From Hormiphora californensis (lineage: Eukaryota; Animalia; Ctenophora): DNA of 64,000 nucleotides. The first letter of the stretch is position 1, and every line of letters starts with the position of its first letter. The stretch spans positions 434,001-498,000 of the forward strand of contig CM035358.1 of NCBI GenBank assembly GCA_020137815.1, given 5' to 3'. The notes under the pieces were generated by a model that was given only the letters and a program-made list of their open reading frames with translations, was not told the origin of the DNA and did not search any database. The translations under genes and the position numbers were made by a program. This document shows positions 37,116-49,887 of the stretch, in pieces.

Positions 37116-38460
37116 TTGGCATACGTTGCAGGCCCCTTATAATATAATATAAGGGGCCTGGAGGGAATACCGCGCTAGGGGGGAATACATAATCAATCAT
37201 ATCTCCAGTTCCAGATAAGGTACAGAAATCGTTTTGGTAGCGTTGGAAAGAGGAAGATAACAGCTTTCAAATGCAACCGGTTTCAGGTTTCTATCTTATC
37301 AGGAACAGGAGATATGAACCAAACTCCGCAAAATCGAGTGCGGTAAAATCAAAATTTGAATGAAATTTTAAAAAAGGTGTCCCTGCAAGAATCTGTGACG
37401 TCACTTTTTGAAAACAACCCATCTTTCAACGGCTATTGCTCAGCCTTCTTAAGTCCAATTAACTTCTCTCAAAAACAGCAAGGTAGATAATCGTCAGATC
37501 TAACAACTGGTGAAAGAATCAAGTCAAACGGACTTCAGGAGCCAAAGTTATAAGCACCGCCGTTTTTTCGACCGCAAAGTTATCTTCGACCCAGCCGGGA
37601 TCAGGCCAAACGCGCGCGCGGCATTCCCTCCAGTCCCCTCGTTGCGGGGGTGCGCGCATGAGGGGGCTGCAGCGCATTCCAAAAAAAAAACTGAACTTTT
37701 TGAGCTGAATTTTTGTTTCAATCCCTTAAAATTAACTAGCGCGCATTTATACCGTTGCATGAGATGGAAGGCGCGAAACATACACGCATAATGCGCTGCA
37801 TTTTCACGCGCAATAACGAATTGGATTTTGAAATTCCCAAAATTCTTAGTGGAAGCTCTTACGGTAATTCCCACGCCCCGTGGGAAAGTTTTTGACCGTG
37901 GGAAAGTTTTCAAACCGTGGGAAAAGAGAGATTCATACGATAACTTTAAAAAAATAATTATTTTTTTAATGTTATAGTCGAATTTTTTAATCAAGGGACA
38001 GGGGGCCGCGCATTTACAAAGTCTTTTTTGCGCGTGCTAAATGTTTTTGCTCATATCTCCTCTTCCTGATATAATAAGATAAAGACTTGATCTTGGTTGC
38101 GTTGAAAAGGTCTTAAAATTATCTTTCCAACGCTTCCGGGTTCAAGTCTTAAGATTGCCAGGAACTTGATCTCGATTGTCACGCGCAAATACAACGCCGC
38201 GCGACCTCTCTGAATGCGCGGCCCCTGTCCCTTGATTAAAAAATTCGACTTTATTGTATATATCTCTCTTTTCCCACGGTTCGAAAATTTTCCCACGGTC
38301 AAAAACTTTCCCACGGGGCGTGGAAATACCGTAAGAGCTTCCACTATCTGGGATTTCAAAGTTTGAGATTTTTGCCAAAAACGGAAAACCGCAAAATATT
38401 GGAGAAAAGGGGTCATTGTTGCGGGCTGCGGCTGAACCACCAAGCCAGCATAAGGCATAA
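37116..38460. mobile_element. Composite non-autonomous DNA-transposon-like region with internal inverted repeat
   Basis: Arms ~37830-38013 and ~38213-38360 are inverted. Segments are shared with 45484-45730 and 63300-63480 (AAAATGCACGCG, CACGCGCAAATACAACGCCGCG, AAGGGGCCTGCARCGTATGCCAA). Confidence 0.65.
37868..38315. promoter_or_regulatory. Cluster of seven CGTGGGAA (CSL/Su(H)/RBPJ consensus) sites
   Basis: 37868(-), 37879, 37897, 37916, 38271(-), 38290(-), 38308(-). Function unproven. Confidence 0.45.
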
Positions 38461-38689
38461 GCTATTAGTTATGAGTACAAAATGAAGAGCTGCAATAAGA
38501 AAAGCCTCATTCACTCCCATACAGACCCGAAAAGTAAGAATATCTTTATTCTTTTCCCAGTCAATATTCAATACATTTATTCATTGCTTCACTCTTGATC
38601 ACTAGCACACATAAACTGAAAAGTCCCTAACCCTTTTGTTTCCCTAAATACCATAATATTTTTTGTCTTTTCTTTTTCAGACAACATCC

Positions 38690-40100
38690 TTGACCAGAAG
38701 AGCTGGCTGACGGCACACAATGGCGGGCTTGCCAGTTGCCTCCTGATGGGTACATGTCTGGACTTCTTCTGGGTACAAGGACTTTGCAAGGATAACGTGT
38801 GGATTGTTAAGGCACGAGGAGTCAAAGACTCATTTGAAAAACTCCAGGAATGAGAGATTGTTTTTGAAACGAACCGACAAAGAATCCTCGGCAGCAATTT
38901 TGGGGCATGCTGTAGCTGAGAGAGTTGGAGGAGCAGGCAGGATTATGTCACACGACTGTTTAAAGTGGGGATAAACCGGCTTGCATTTCCTGGAAACACA
39001 GAAAAATATGAATCAGTGAACTAGGGCTGCTCCAGAGATGCCCTCAGATTAATGGAGGTAGAGCGTCCTCTCCAGGATAGAATCGAGGTTTCTGGGTCTG
39101 TTGGATCCAAGGGAACTTCAGGAGAAATACATAACTGCAGAAATTGTCCCTGCAGAAATAAAATCCGATGTTTTGGAAGCGCCTTTTTTTTCTATTCTGG
39201 CTGACGAAACAACAGACTTAACCACAACCAGCTTTCGTCAGTTCTCCGATATGTTTCTATTTCTGGAAGCCAGCTAAAGGAGAATTTTATCCGATTCTAC
39301 AACATCTCAGAGTCTGGGGGTGCTACTGGCCTGCTGGGCTGAGTCTTGACCTTCTCTGAGAAGGCTTCCCATAGATTACAATGTTACTAATGTGGTAGGT
39401 TAAAGGGGTCCAAAAACTAATCCGTGATAAGTGCCCGATGGCGGTATTCACACGGTATTCTCATCGTTTGAACTTGGCAATGGAAGCGTCAATTCAGTCA
39501 GTTGATTGTTCAAGACTTCTGATAGTATTGGACGAGATTTCGAAGTTTTCCGAACTAGCTTCAAAAGAACTGCAGCACTGTCTTCCTTCAGGCCACCCGC
39601 AGTCTCTAACACCCGGTGGAATCACAAATCGAGACAACTGGTTCACCGTCTTCAAAATCGGGAAGCCTACCGCAGCTGTTTCAAGGAAATTAGGGATGGT
39701 AATTGGGATGTATCGGCACAAGCATTTGCGACCCTTTTCATCGGGCATATGGAGTCAGCAGAAAGGCTTCTACACAGCTGCTTCCAGATTACGGACGTAC
39801 ACACAGCTACAGAGTGTGGGTCTGAATACAACAACGGCAAACATATTGGTTGAAACCCAGATGAGAAAGTTGGCAGCGCTAGAGCCTAGATACGGACCAA
39901 AAGTACGATGAGATAATTCAGGGGATATCTTCCAACGATATCTCTTCCGATGCCCGGGAAGAGCTGACAACAGTTGTGTGGGAAATGACTGAAGAACTGT
40001 CAAACCGATTTGAGAGTCTCAGTGAGCTAACATTTTTTAACCTGCTAGACAGAAAGGCTAACATTGAGCCGCTGGTTGATGTCCTCACCGTACGGGCATC
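38690..40100 (+). pseudogene. Decayed hAT (ZMYM1/DUF4371-like) transposase
   Basis: Fragments in shifting frames: GLAFPG (~38978), FFSILADETTD...QLSSVLRYV...LKENFIRF (~39185-39297), YSHRLNL (~39456), PAVSNTRWN (~39596). Many stops and frameshifts. Confidence 0.85.
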
Positions 40101-40309
40101 TTTTTGAGAAGGGTAGATTTGTAGGCCAAGCTGTTGGTTTAGTAGCTTGCCTTGGCTGCTCGTCTAGTGGTAGTCTTTGTAGAATTGAAACTCTATGTTT
40201 TTGATCAAGCAGAAGAATATAGTTTGTAACGTAACAAAATGAGAAGTTTCGAAGTCCCCCTTTTTCAAATCTCTCGGTCTAAAGTATGATCGCTCAGCAG
40301 AGACAGCTT

Positions 40310-40375
40310 AGTCATGTGATAAGAACCTAACGACCAATCATCACAGCTGAACCTAAGAGTGAACCAATAAGCGTG
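40310..40375 (+). promoter_or_regulatory. Putative promoter of NIFK: E-box-like element and two CCAAT boxes
   Basis: GTCATGTGAT, ACCAATCA and ACCAATAA about 530-580 bp upstream of the ATG. Confidence 0.35.
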
Positions 40376-40896
40376 CAGTTCTATTGTTTGCGAGATATAG
40401 CGAGTAAGGATCTGAAGCAGCTAGACGTTTTACAAGCCCCTTTATGATGTAGATGAACTGCACCAGAACTGTGCAGTTCACAGCTGTAAAGAATGCTATA
40501 ATTGTCTAGAATCAAAGGATCCAAGCTGTTTCCAAAGTGGTCATGGTTTTACATGAGAAGAGGCGAAGTGAAGAGGTCACAAACAACAAACAATGACAGA
40601 CACAACAGATCACAGACAGACTAACATACTAACATACTAACATACTAACATACTAACATACTGACAAACAGACCCCACAGATTGCCATCTTGAAGTGTTT
40701 TCAGCAGTCTCCAGAGCTGGGTAGGATCCAGTTAAAATTATATAAGAGATTTACCAATTGAAAATGGATGAGTTCGATTTAAAAAAGCTAATAAATCTCA
40801 TATTGACCATTCCCTGGCCCTCTACAAGTTTCCAAACAAACAGTTTCACAATCAGCAACGTCGCTATAATTCTATGTTTATGTTTCTAGCACTATC

Positions 40897-43141
40897 ATGG
40901 GTAAAAGGAAGCTGAAGGTGACAACTGGAGATGTTATCCCTCTGGAGAGCACTGATACAGTTACTGAACAGACTCTAGACAAGGTAATAGCTTTGATTTT
41001 ACTGGGATGCGAGGGGAAACGATTTTGCCCGGTAAATTCCGGTATATATCGGGTGATGGTAAATAGGGATCCGACTGTATCATACCTCGCTAATCTAAAT
41101 ACAATATCATTTCAGACGTACAAGGGAATGGGCGTTTTGTATGTGGGTCACATCCCCAAATCATTCCAAGAGAAAGAGATGAGGCAGTTCTTTGAACAAT
41201 TTGGAACCATCCTCAAACTGAGGATATCCCGCAGTAAAAAGGTTTCACAATTCACAGTGCTGTGATCTACTAAATAGGAAATCTATTTGTTTATCCTAGC
41301 GAAGAGCTATCAGAAAGTAACCGCCCTTTTCTCCCATCAGACATCAGAATCCAAGGGTTACGCCTTCATTTTGTTCGAAAACGAGGAAGTTGCCAGGATA
41401 GTTGCTAAAACCATGCACGATTACATTCTTTGCGGACGGACTCCTGAAATGTAAGTCTCCCAATCTCATTTGTAGTTACAGCTGCTGCTGCAGCACTGGG
41501 CCCCGTGGAGTTTGTGGCCCTCCGTTGTCACACTGAGTTTTTCAACTTTCTGTAACGCGCTCTGTGTGAACTGTAGAGACAATGGCGCGCGGTGGAAAAA
41601 CAACACAGACGGACAAACAAACTGCTGAAATCCGAAACGACGACTCATTCTGAGTGGTGAACTGGTCCCCCATCTCTTTCCTCACATTTCTAATCTTATT
41701 CAGGTCAGTTTATTCCCATGGACAAGGTCCACAAGGACACTTTCAAGGGATCCAACAGGACCTTCAAGAAGATTGATTGGCAGGCAAAGAACAAAGTTGT
41801 CAGAAATAAGGTAAATCACTTCGGGCACTTCTCACTATCTTTCACTATCTCACCACCTCCCTCTGTTTTCTCTCCCTCTCTATTTTGCCCTAGACTTATC
41901 CAACCTATATCACCAGGTTAAGACAGTTGAGGAACAGCAGAGTGCAGTAAAACGTCTATTGAAGGCAGAAAAGAACAGACGACGAAAGATAACTGCCCTT
42001 GGAATTGATTACCAGTTCCCTGGTTATGTAAGTTGTTTTTTGATTGTTTCTTTGTCAGTTTCTTTGTTTGTTTGTTTGTCAGTTTGCTAGTCAGTTTTTT
42101 AATTACACTGGTTTGAATAATCACAGCTGTCAGATGAAACTAATAAACAATTAACATTGCCAAACATAGATTTCATTAATCTTCGCTAAGTCTGGTCTCA
42201 TATTAGTTTCTAATTTCTAAAACATGTAAAATATCGTGGTTTATGAAATAGTCTGGACACTACAGCCCTCTAAGTACCCTTCTGTGTGTCTTGTAGTAAA
42301 ACATATATCTTCAGCCCTTTCTTCATCTCTCTCAACATGTCCTGTACCTCTCCAAACTGGTTCACTAACAGTGACACATAATGTGTCCTGGGGTGTCCAC
42401 TGTCCCCTGCCCGATCTAACAATCTCCAAATAACTCCACTTCTCCTCTCCTCAACATGTACTAGATACACATGAGCTATCTTCCACCTACACCCCGGGGT
42501 GAGAGATTCAGTAATGTACAGTACAGATCTCTCACTGTCTCTCTTTTCCAGACGCACCCTGAATCTCGGTCTTTCTTTATCACTGATCGGGATAGAGAGT
42601 GTTGCACATTTCCCACTCAGTAGAAGTTCTACTATTTGTGCAGTTCCGTTGTCGTATGAGGCAGTCTGGATTCCATCTCTAGCCCTCTCAACGGAGGGAG
42701 GTGTAATGGAGGTTTGCTGACTGATAAAATCCGATATGTAGTTATATTGCTCCGATGAAATCTGATGGGGTGATATTGGATTGAATTAGTTTCAATCATT
42801 ATGGGCAGTATAGTGGCCCCCAATGTAGTGGTATAATATAGTGGGCCAGGTAGCTGGGGTGTTTACCTGTGTCTGTCGGACACTGCTCCATAGACAAAGA
42901 ATATCTGATGTCACGAGGGATTTGTTGTTGGCAAAGTAGTCCAGCAGTATTTCAACCTAGAGCGAGGGATGTTCAGATTTGACGCTGATATTCATGATAG
43001 AGAAAAACTTGTGTTGTGTGTTGAACTACAGAATGTTTCAACAACGGTTTACCCATAAATATTCGGCCAGACATAGTTGTTGCTTTAGTCGCTCCATTTG
43101 GCTCCGATCATATCCTCTCCACAACTGAAACAAATGTTTTC

Positions 43142-43206
<65 letters not shown>

Positions 43207-45297
43207 TCTCTCTCTTTCTCTCTCTCTCTCTTTCTCTCTCTATTTTCCTATCTATCTCCCCCACTCTATCTCTCCTTCTCGATGTCCTACCTTGCCAGGG
43301 AGCAAAGCCTGAAATGAAACAGTGGTTGAACCGTGGCCTCCCATGTCCACATTTCTAATAACTCGTTTTACAAATATCTTATACAATCTTTCCTCTAACT
43401 TTCTAATTTTCTGCCTCACCCCTGAAAATACATTTGAAGGATCTTGTTTTTACCAGGGAAGTGTAATTGAGTGGTAGCACGGTTACAAAACACAGTATAG
43501 GATAGTAAAATTAGGAAATGCTGACCTGTAGAAACATCAGCCCCATCCAGAATCTCCACAGCTCGGAGGATAGGACCTGAGTTCTGGAGTACAGAATCCA
43601 CATTTAGATCCAACAAGGGGCTTATTGAATCCAGTAGTAACTCGGCCCTGGTAGAACGGGGTTAGGTAGACTGAGAGGAGGTACTAATTTGAAGACCGGG
43701 GAATCATGGGTTAGTTTCTATTCAGGGTAGCTTTATCATGTTTATAGTAGGGTATTTGTTGGGTAATTCAACTGAAATCTTTCAACTGAGCGGGGAAATA
43801 CACCACTTCCCCTGGGTACTTACTGACTAGTAGTTTTAACCCACACCTCCAGTACTGGCACAAGATGCTCAATAGTGTCCAGACCAAATAGAAATCTGAT
43901 CAAGTTAGCAACATCAGCCTGATGTCTCGGTATAATCTCGTCAAGTAGTGTTGATATGGTGTAGGAGAGGAGAGGCTCCTTCACAAGCTTCCCTCTACAC
44001 TCTGAGGGAAGGGAAGGGTAATTCTCTCTATCATGCTATCATTTTACTAGATTTGTGTGTTCGTTACCCCTTAGTATGTCGTTAGTGTAGAAGGGCCCCT
44101 TCCATGGTAGCGAGTTAGATCCCCTTGGTAAGTTAGCTGTCCATCCCAATAACTCAATATTATCTGTTGGAAATAGTAAGTTTACAATGATCTCCTCTCT
44201 AATGCTCCCACCCTAATATCACTCACTCAGAATGGTTTGTGATATCTTGAGAAGATCATCAGGCTCCTCTGTCCTCTCCACCCACTCCAAACACAATAAT
44301 GGTATCCGTGTTACCTGCCCAATGTTACTGTCACGGAAAGGAATTAAAAAGGAATTCCCGTTCAATTATATCATGATAGATTAACAGTCGATGCAAGACG
44401 TTTGTGGGAGTTCGTACCTGAAATTGTACACCAAACTTTAAAAAGTCCTCATAGTTTCTAATATCAATATTCAGTGGGCCACCATGTAGTAGTCTCAGGA
44501 CATCCCTCACTCCCTTTGGGGTGAAGGAACCTAGTGCCAGTTGATCACTTGTCTTTACCGCTCTCTGCAGTAATAGTGGTATGGGAGTGGAATAGTGGCA
44601 ATATTGCTATTAGAGCAAGCAACTTTCCATCTTTAAATCGCTCAGACTTTAGCTGTAAAGGGTACATCGCTTGACATTTGACATTATACCTCTAGAAAAG
44701 GAGAAGCATTAGCTAGGATGACTCCAGAGCACTTTATACAACAGTCGCTTCCTATACGTAGAACTATCTCATGGTGTATCGTGTCGTCATCAACAAACCT
44801 GGGTAACGGGGGGATTATAGATAGTTAATAACTAACTGATTGATACAGTGATAATGCAATATATCATGAGCTGATACAGTCGAGCTACTGATTCCTATAC
44901 CTTGAGAGGTCTAACAGTGCCGCTGTGTCCATTTAGCTGTATCTCTCACTATAACACTACTACTACACAACCAAGAGATTTGTTCAGAAGTGACAGTGTA
45001 ACGGGGAGTGTGTGCGTGCATCCACATCACACATAGCACCAATATCATGCTCCGTCTCTTGTTAACACTATTGTCTGTTATCTGATATATTATGTTGTTG
45101 AACTGCTGCCACACTTTGCCAGTATCTCGTGGTGTCTGTTAAATACAATATTTCAGGCAAAACTGACTAATCCACTCCATTTTCAGGCAGCCATTGCACC
45201 CAAGAAGAGTACCAAGATTGCATTTGATGAGGAAGGAGAGCCCTCTGCTGCTGGCCCAGCTGCAGCCCCTGCAGTCGAGGAAATGGAGACATCCTAA
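40897..45297 (+). CDS. NIFK: Nucleolar RRM protein NIFK/MKI67IP (yeast Nop15)
   Basis: GVLYVGHIPKSFQEKEMRQFFEQFG..LRISRSKK-TSESKGYAFILF..VAKTMHDYIL; later LGIDYQFPGY. Exons 40897-40983, 41116-41241, 41341-41450, 41704-41810, 41917-42026 and 45187-45297. One extra base near 41440. Confidence 0.9.
41004..41077. mobile_element. Partial CAGTCGGACC-family MITE in NIFK intron 1
   Basis: Ends GGTAAATAGGGATCCGACTG|TA; contains TTTTGCCCGGTAAAT. Confidence 0.65.
42270..44932 (-). CDS. Divergent BTB/POZ-domain protein nested antisense in the last NIFK intron
   Basis: Spliced reading MDTAALLDLS-RFVDDDTIHHEIVLRIGSDCCIKCSGVILANASPFLE-RAVK...FTPKGVRDVLRLLHGGPLNIDIRNYEDFLKFGVQFQ matches the BTB pattern (VLAxxSPxF...FxxxxxxxVLxxLxxGxLxI). 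About ten GT-AG exons; last exon ends ...LLQDTQKGT*. Confidence 0.7.
43145..43240. repeat. (CT)n microsatellite in an intron
   Basis: Seen directly. Confidence 0.95.
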
Positions 45298-45483
45298 ATG
45301 TGATGTTCGGACTGTGTTTCATTGACTACCGTTTTACATCTTGGGTTTAAAAGTGTTCAAAAGGATATTATTTATTAGTTTTAAACAATGTCTTTCGCTT
45401 CTAAGTCTTTTGCCAATCCACTAAATCAAGGGTGATGTAAAGCATCCCAGATGATGAGCCATCATCATCATATCACAGAGCAG

Positions 45484-45730
45484 CGTGAAAATGCACGCGC
45501 AAATACAACGCCGCGCAAAAGTTTCAATGATTTGCGCGCATAATATTCGGATCGTTTTTATTTATTTTTTTTTATTTTTTATTTTCGGAATTTCAAATTT
45601 GTCAAAACTTTTTTACATTTTTTGCCCAACGTTTGGAATGTGCTGCAGCCCCCTTATAAGGGGCCTGCAGCGTATGCCAAGCCCAACGTTAAAATCTCAA
45701 ATCTGGGTGTTTGGAGTGCCAAGTTAGGGC
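45484..45730. mobile_element. Fragment of the repeat family also found upstream of ADSL
   Basis: Contains GCAGCCCCTTATAAGGGGCCTGCAGCGTATGCCAA, matching the reverse complement of 37116-37145 and 37660-37681. Confidence 0.65.
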
Positions 45731-45907
45731 TAAAGTAGGGTTTGAGTTGGGTTTTTCTCCCTCTCACGCTCCATCAATTTCTCTGTCTCTTTTTTCTCTA
45801 CCTCTCCTTAATCATTTTTCTCTTCGTATGGATTTAATCTAGACTTTTTACAGTCTCTGTGAACATCAGTGGAGAGTGGTGACAGGGAAAGTTTGTGGGA
45901 TCAATAC

Positions 45908-46003
45908 ATACCGTTTTTCTCAATACGTTTTTCTCGATAAAAAACTTGTCAAGGATACCGTTTTTCTCAATACGTTTTTTCTCGATAAAAAACTTGTCAA
46001 GGA
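45908..46003. repeat. ~47-bp direct duplication
   Basis: ATACCGTTTTTTCTCAATACGTTTTTCTCGATAAAAAACTTGTCAAGGA twice. Confidence 0.9.
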
Positions 46004-46115
46004 CTCTTCAGTGAGTGTGTGTTTGAAGGACAGCTAATTTATAATTTATTACCGAATCTGTGTATATGTGTTTGTGATTGTTTGTTTGTCTGTGAATGTG
46101 CTTGTAAGTTTGTTA

Positions 46116-46287
46116 CAGTCGGACCCCGATTTACCGGGCCCCGATTTACCGGAACCCCGATTTACCGGGAGCATAATCTTCCCCCAAAATAGGAAATTAA
46201 CAGTATTTGACCCCGATATACCGGGCACCCCGATTTACCGGGCAAAACCCTTTCCCCCGAGCATCCCGGTAAATCGGGGTCCGACTG
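46116..46287. mobile_element. Full-length Tc1/mariner-pogo-type MITE (172 bp)
   Basis: TIR CAGTCGGACCCCGATTTACCGGG / CCCGGTAAATCGGGGTCCGACTG, TA TSD, internal repeats of CCCGATTTACCGG. Confidence 0.9.
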
Positions 46288-46329
46288 TATCATGTTTTTG
46301 CATTAACCGTTTTGTATTGACTGTTGATG

Positions 46330-46660
46330 TTGTGTTTTGCGTCTGTGACTTTGTGTTTAATCTGTTTTTAATCTGTTTTTATGTCTGTCTGCTTGTTTTG
46401 TTTGTTCATCACCTTGTTTTCAGTTTTCTATTTTCCATTGTTCCTCGTTTTTGTGCATCCAATGCTACTAGGATATGTTTCACTGTCTCTAAGTATTGTT
46501 TAAACCGCTTTAGGTAACCGCTGATGTGAACTGTATATTTTCACCTCTCAGCCTTGTATCACTTTTATTGGTGTATGGTGTAAGAGCGGGACGAAGTTAT
46601 ATATTAATGTGTGTGACTTTGTGATAAATTGTGCATAAACTTAAACTTAAACTTAAACTT
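46330..46660 (+). mobile_element. Possible 3' tail of a non-LTR retroelement
   Basis: T-rich region ending in (AAACTT)4 at ~46637-46660, like CR1/L2-type microsatellite tails. No ORF seen. Confidence 0.35.
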
Positions 46661-47090
46661 AATTAGAAGATGAACCTTGAAATTTGAATTTTATGTGAGA
46701 TAAAAATTCTTGCTTACGTCACATCCCGGCCCCGGCTAATTTTTGGCCTTCCCGGCCTAAAATTTGACACCCAGCCACGGACCCCGGCCCCGCCCTAAAA
46801 ATAGCCTTCCCGGTCCGACCCCAGCCAGAAATCTCGATCCTGGTCGGGCCCTGTGGGACGGCAATGCTGGTGTTATAGTGGTCAGTGACCAGCGTCCAGA
46901 TCTCTGAACACAATATGATTCGACATCTCAGATTTCACAGACATCATACTCGATCAGATCTCAATTTTCATCAGATCTCAATTCTCAGATCGCTTGCTTT
47001 GTTCTATTCTTGATTATTTGGTGGTCTGACTAAATACTAATCATCGATTCTTCTCCTATAGATGAGATATGAGTATTAGTTATTAAAGAG

Positions 47091-48884
47091 ATGGACCCAT
47101 TTGTGGAGAGGCCTGAGAAACAGGAGCAACAACCAACATTACAACTTGTGTTAGAGGAACGATCTGAAACACAGGATGATAGAAAGAGACGATACATTAG
47201 AATAGCTGCAAGGTGCGGTCACACCATTCTATCTCTCTTTGTTCTGGCTGGAGTGTGCTTCAACAGCAATAGCCGTAAGTTGGGATATTTCAGTTTAGTG
47301 GGGTGGCGGTTTATTACGTAGTCACACAGACGTATTGCCAATATTGGACAGAGTGAGTCTGTTTCTCTATTCTCTATCTATAATACATCCCTCTCTATCT
47401 CTCTCCCTTCTGAAGCTTCCCGCAAATTAATCAAGCCTTTGTTCCCACTCTCTATCTGCAGTATTCTGATTGATACACGCTATCAGTGAACCTTCACATA
47501 GCAGAGAGATTTAAATTGGAGTACTATATCATCTTCCCTTCAGCAATATACCAAGCAGTGGAAAGTGATGATAATCTGACAGTGATTATATTTGTTGCTA
47601 TGGTAGTGGTCCCTTTCACATTCTACTACGTAGCTTCTCTCCTGAATCCTGGATATGTGCCCATTGTAGCTGAGGAGGTGAGATGTTAACCCTTCACTAC
47701 CAATATACTCAACTATTTCTTCGTCAGTAACCGCTCCCCCTCCCCGTAGATTATCTCTCCATTTTCACCCAATGTATCTAACATCCCCCCAGATGGCGGC
47801 AGATAGAGCGACCCTTCTCAAGTCTACCAGTAACTACTACTGTAGATGGTGCGATCAGGCCCAGCCAATGAGAAGCAAGCACTGCAGAGAGTGTAACCGA
47901 TGCGTTAGAAGGTTTTTAAATATTCTGTTAGCCGTTAGGTGTTACATCTAACACCTAGAATGTTAAAACACCCTGTTATAATGTATACCTATCATCGTTG
48001 TGTTTTAATATCTTATGAGCAGTTTTATTTCACTCAATACACAAATATCAGCGGTGATCTACCAATCAAACAGTCCGCCAACTTTCTTTTACAATCTACC
48101 AGCTATCACTATTTACCCACCAGATTTGACCATCACTGTCCGTGGCTTGGTAACTGTGTTGGAGAAAGGAACCACCGGTACTTCGTGTTGTTCCTATTCT
48201 TTGAAGACCTCCTAATTTTCAGATGCATTGGACTTGCCTGGTAAGGAGACCTCCTCTCTCACAACAGTAAAAGTAACTCTCTGACCAGCCATTCACACAT
48301 ATTAAGAGCTCCTCTCCCCCGGTATATTTAACACACCTCCCATCTTGTAGGGATACAAGCCGGTCCTCTGGTGAGGCGCTAGAGTGGATTCAATTCAATG
48401 GAATCCTGGTTATATGTGCTATAGTCCTAGTTATAGGTGCACTGGCGGTATCAGCTCTGTTCTGTTGCCACATGTACCTGGTTCTAAATGGCCTAACTAC
48501 CTGGGAACATGTATCTCATAACAAGGTATGCTGTTTGGAGGAGGGAGATAATATTGGTTTTGGTTACATTACTCATTGGACCAGGTTTCTTAGAACAGTT
48601 TTTTTAAATATTACTAAGGGTTTGCCAAGCTAGACTGTGTTTAGGGCGCCCCACACCTTCCTTTACAAATGTAAAGGGAGGGTTAGAACTTAACAACTAA
48701 GGGTAGCTTCTATACTCTGTATTGGTGATTGGTTAAACCCTCTATTTTCCCTCAGATCACATACCTCAAGAGATGGCCTGAGGACTCAACTCCCTTTAAT
48801 TTCGGTTATTGTAAAAACTGTTTTGTGTTCTGTTGCTACTGTAGCACTCAAAATTGGGAAAAATACATCAAATCTTTGACGTGA
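47091..48884 (+). CDS. ZDHHC12: DHHC palmitoyltransferase, ZDHHC12-like
   Basis: NPGYV; [45 protein letters not shown]; TTWE..SHNKITYL..PFNFG..KN. Six exons. Confidence 0.85.
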
Positions 48885-49887
48885 CGAATGTATCGGGATT
48901 ATGTCTGTGTGTGATTATGTACCATGAGTAATTTCTGAGGTGTTTCTATGTGTAGGTAAGAATGTTGTTCATTTAACGATTTGGAAAACACAATAAACCT
49001 GATTGGACACAATTTGATTGGTTGAAAAGTAAATTCAGAGAGTGTTTTGAGAATGAAATAAAAACATAAAGAAGTTGAGAGTTTGTGCTAGTGTAGTATG
49101 ATAAACTGTGCTTGTAGTGTGTGTAGTACAGACAGAAGAGGGTTGTTACATGCCGCAATATTTTGTACACTGTGCAGAGATTTATAGAAATACACCACCA
49201 CTCGAGTTTTAATCCACCGCCCCTCCCTCTCTTGGCCACTATCTAACTAGAAACTACCAACCACTTTGGTAACCCCTGTATACCGAGTACCAACCCACCC
49301 TAGTGACCCTACCGGGTTTACATTTCATTTCCGTCTGATTCTCCTAGTACTGCTAGTACTGCTGTATTCCTCGAACTAAAGACACCATCCCTACCTGATG
49401 GTACACACATCCCTATCACCTGAGTCCATTGTATTGTCTTATTCAATGTGTTCCCGTCCTCACTCTCCCACCACACACAGTAAATGTTGATTCCGTGACC
49501 TCACACCACACTCCTTGTATGGTGCGCGCAGTGACTGGCTTACAATAAAAGCATTCAGTGACAACAGTGGAATATTTACGCAGTGGTAGCGCGCATGTGT
49601 CAATGTGTTACATTTGACCATCTAAGTTACATTCACAGTTGTGTTGACTGCCAGATCGTTGGTTGTTGTTTTAATGAAATTGATTCAAATAAAACATACT
49701 GACAAACACCTTAAACCAAGAGCGATCACTCACCTGCACATCTGTATTTCACATCATTAACATGACAGATTTGTGATTCAGCCAGAGCCCAGAAACCTTT
49801 CTTCCTAATCCCCCGATCCTGTTACCACTTCTCAGTTTCCTAGCCCCAATAACCACTAACCTCTCTCCCTATCATTATAGCAGCAGT

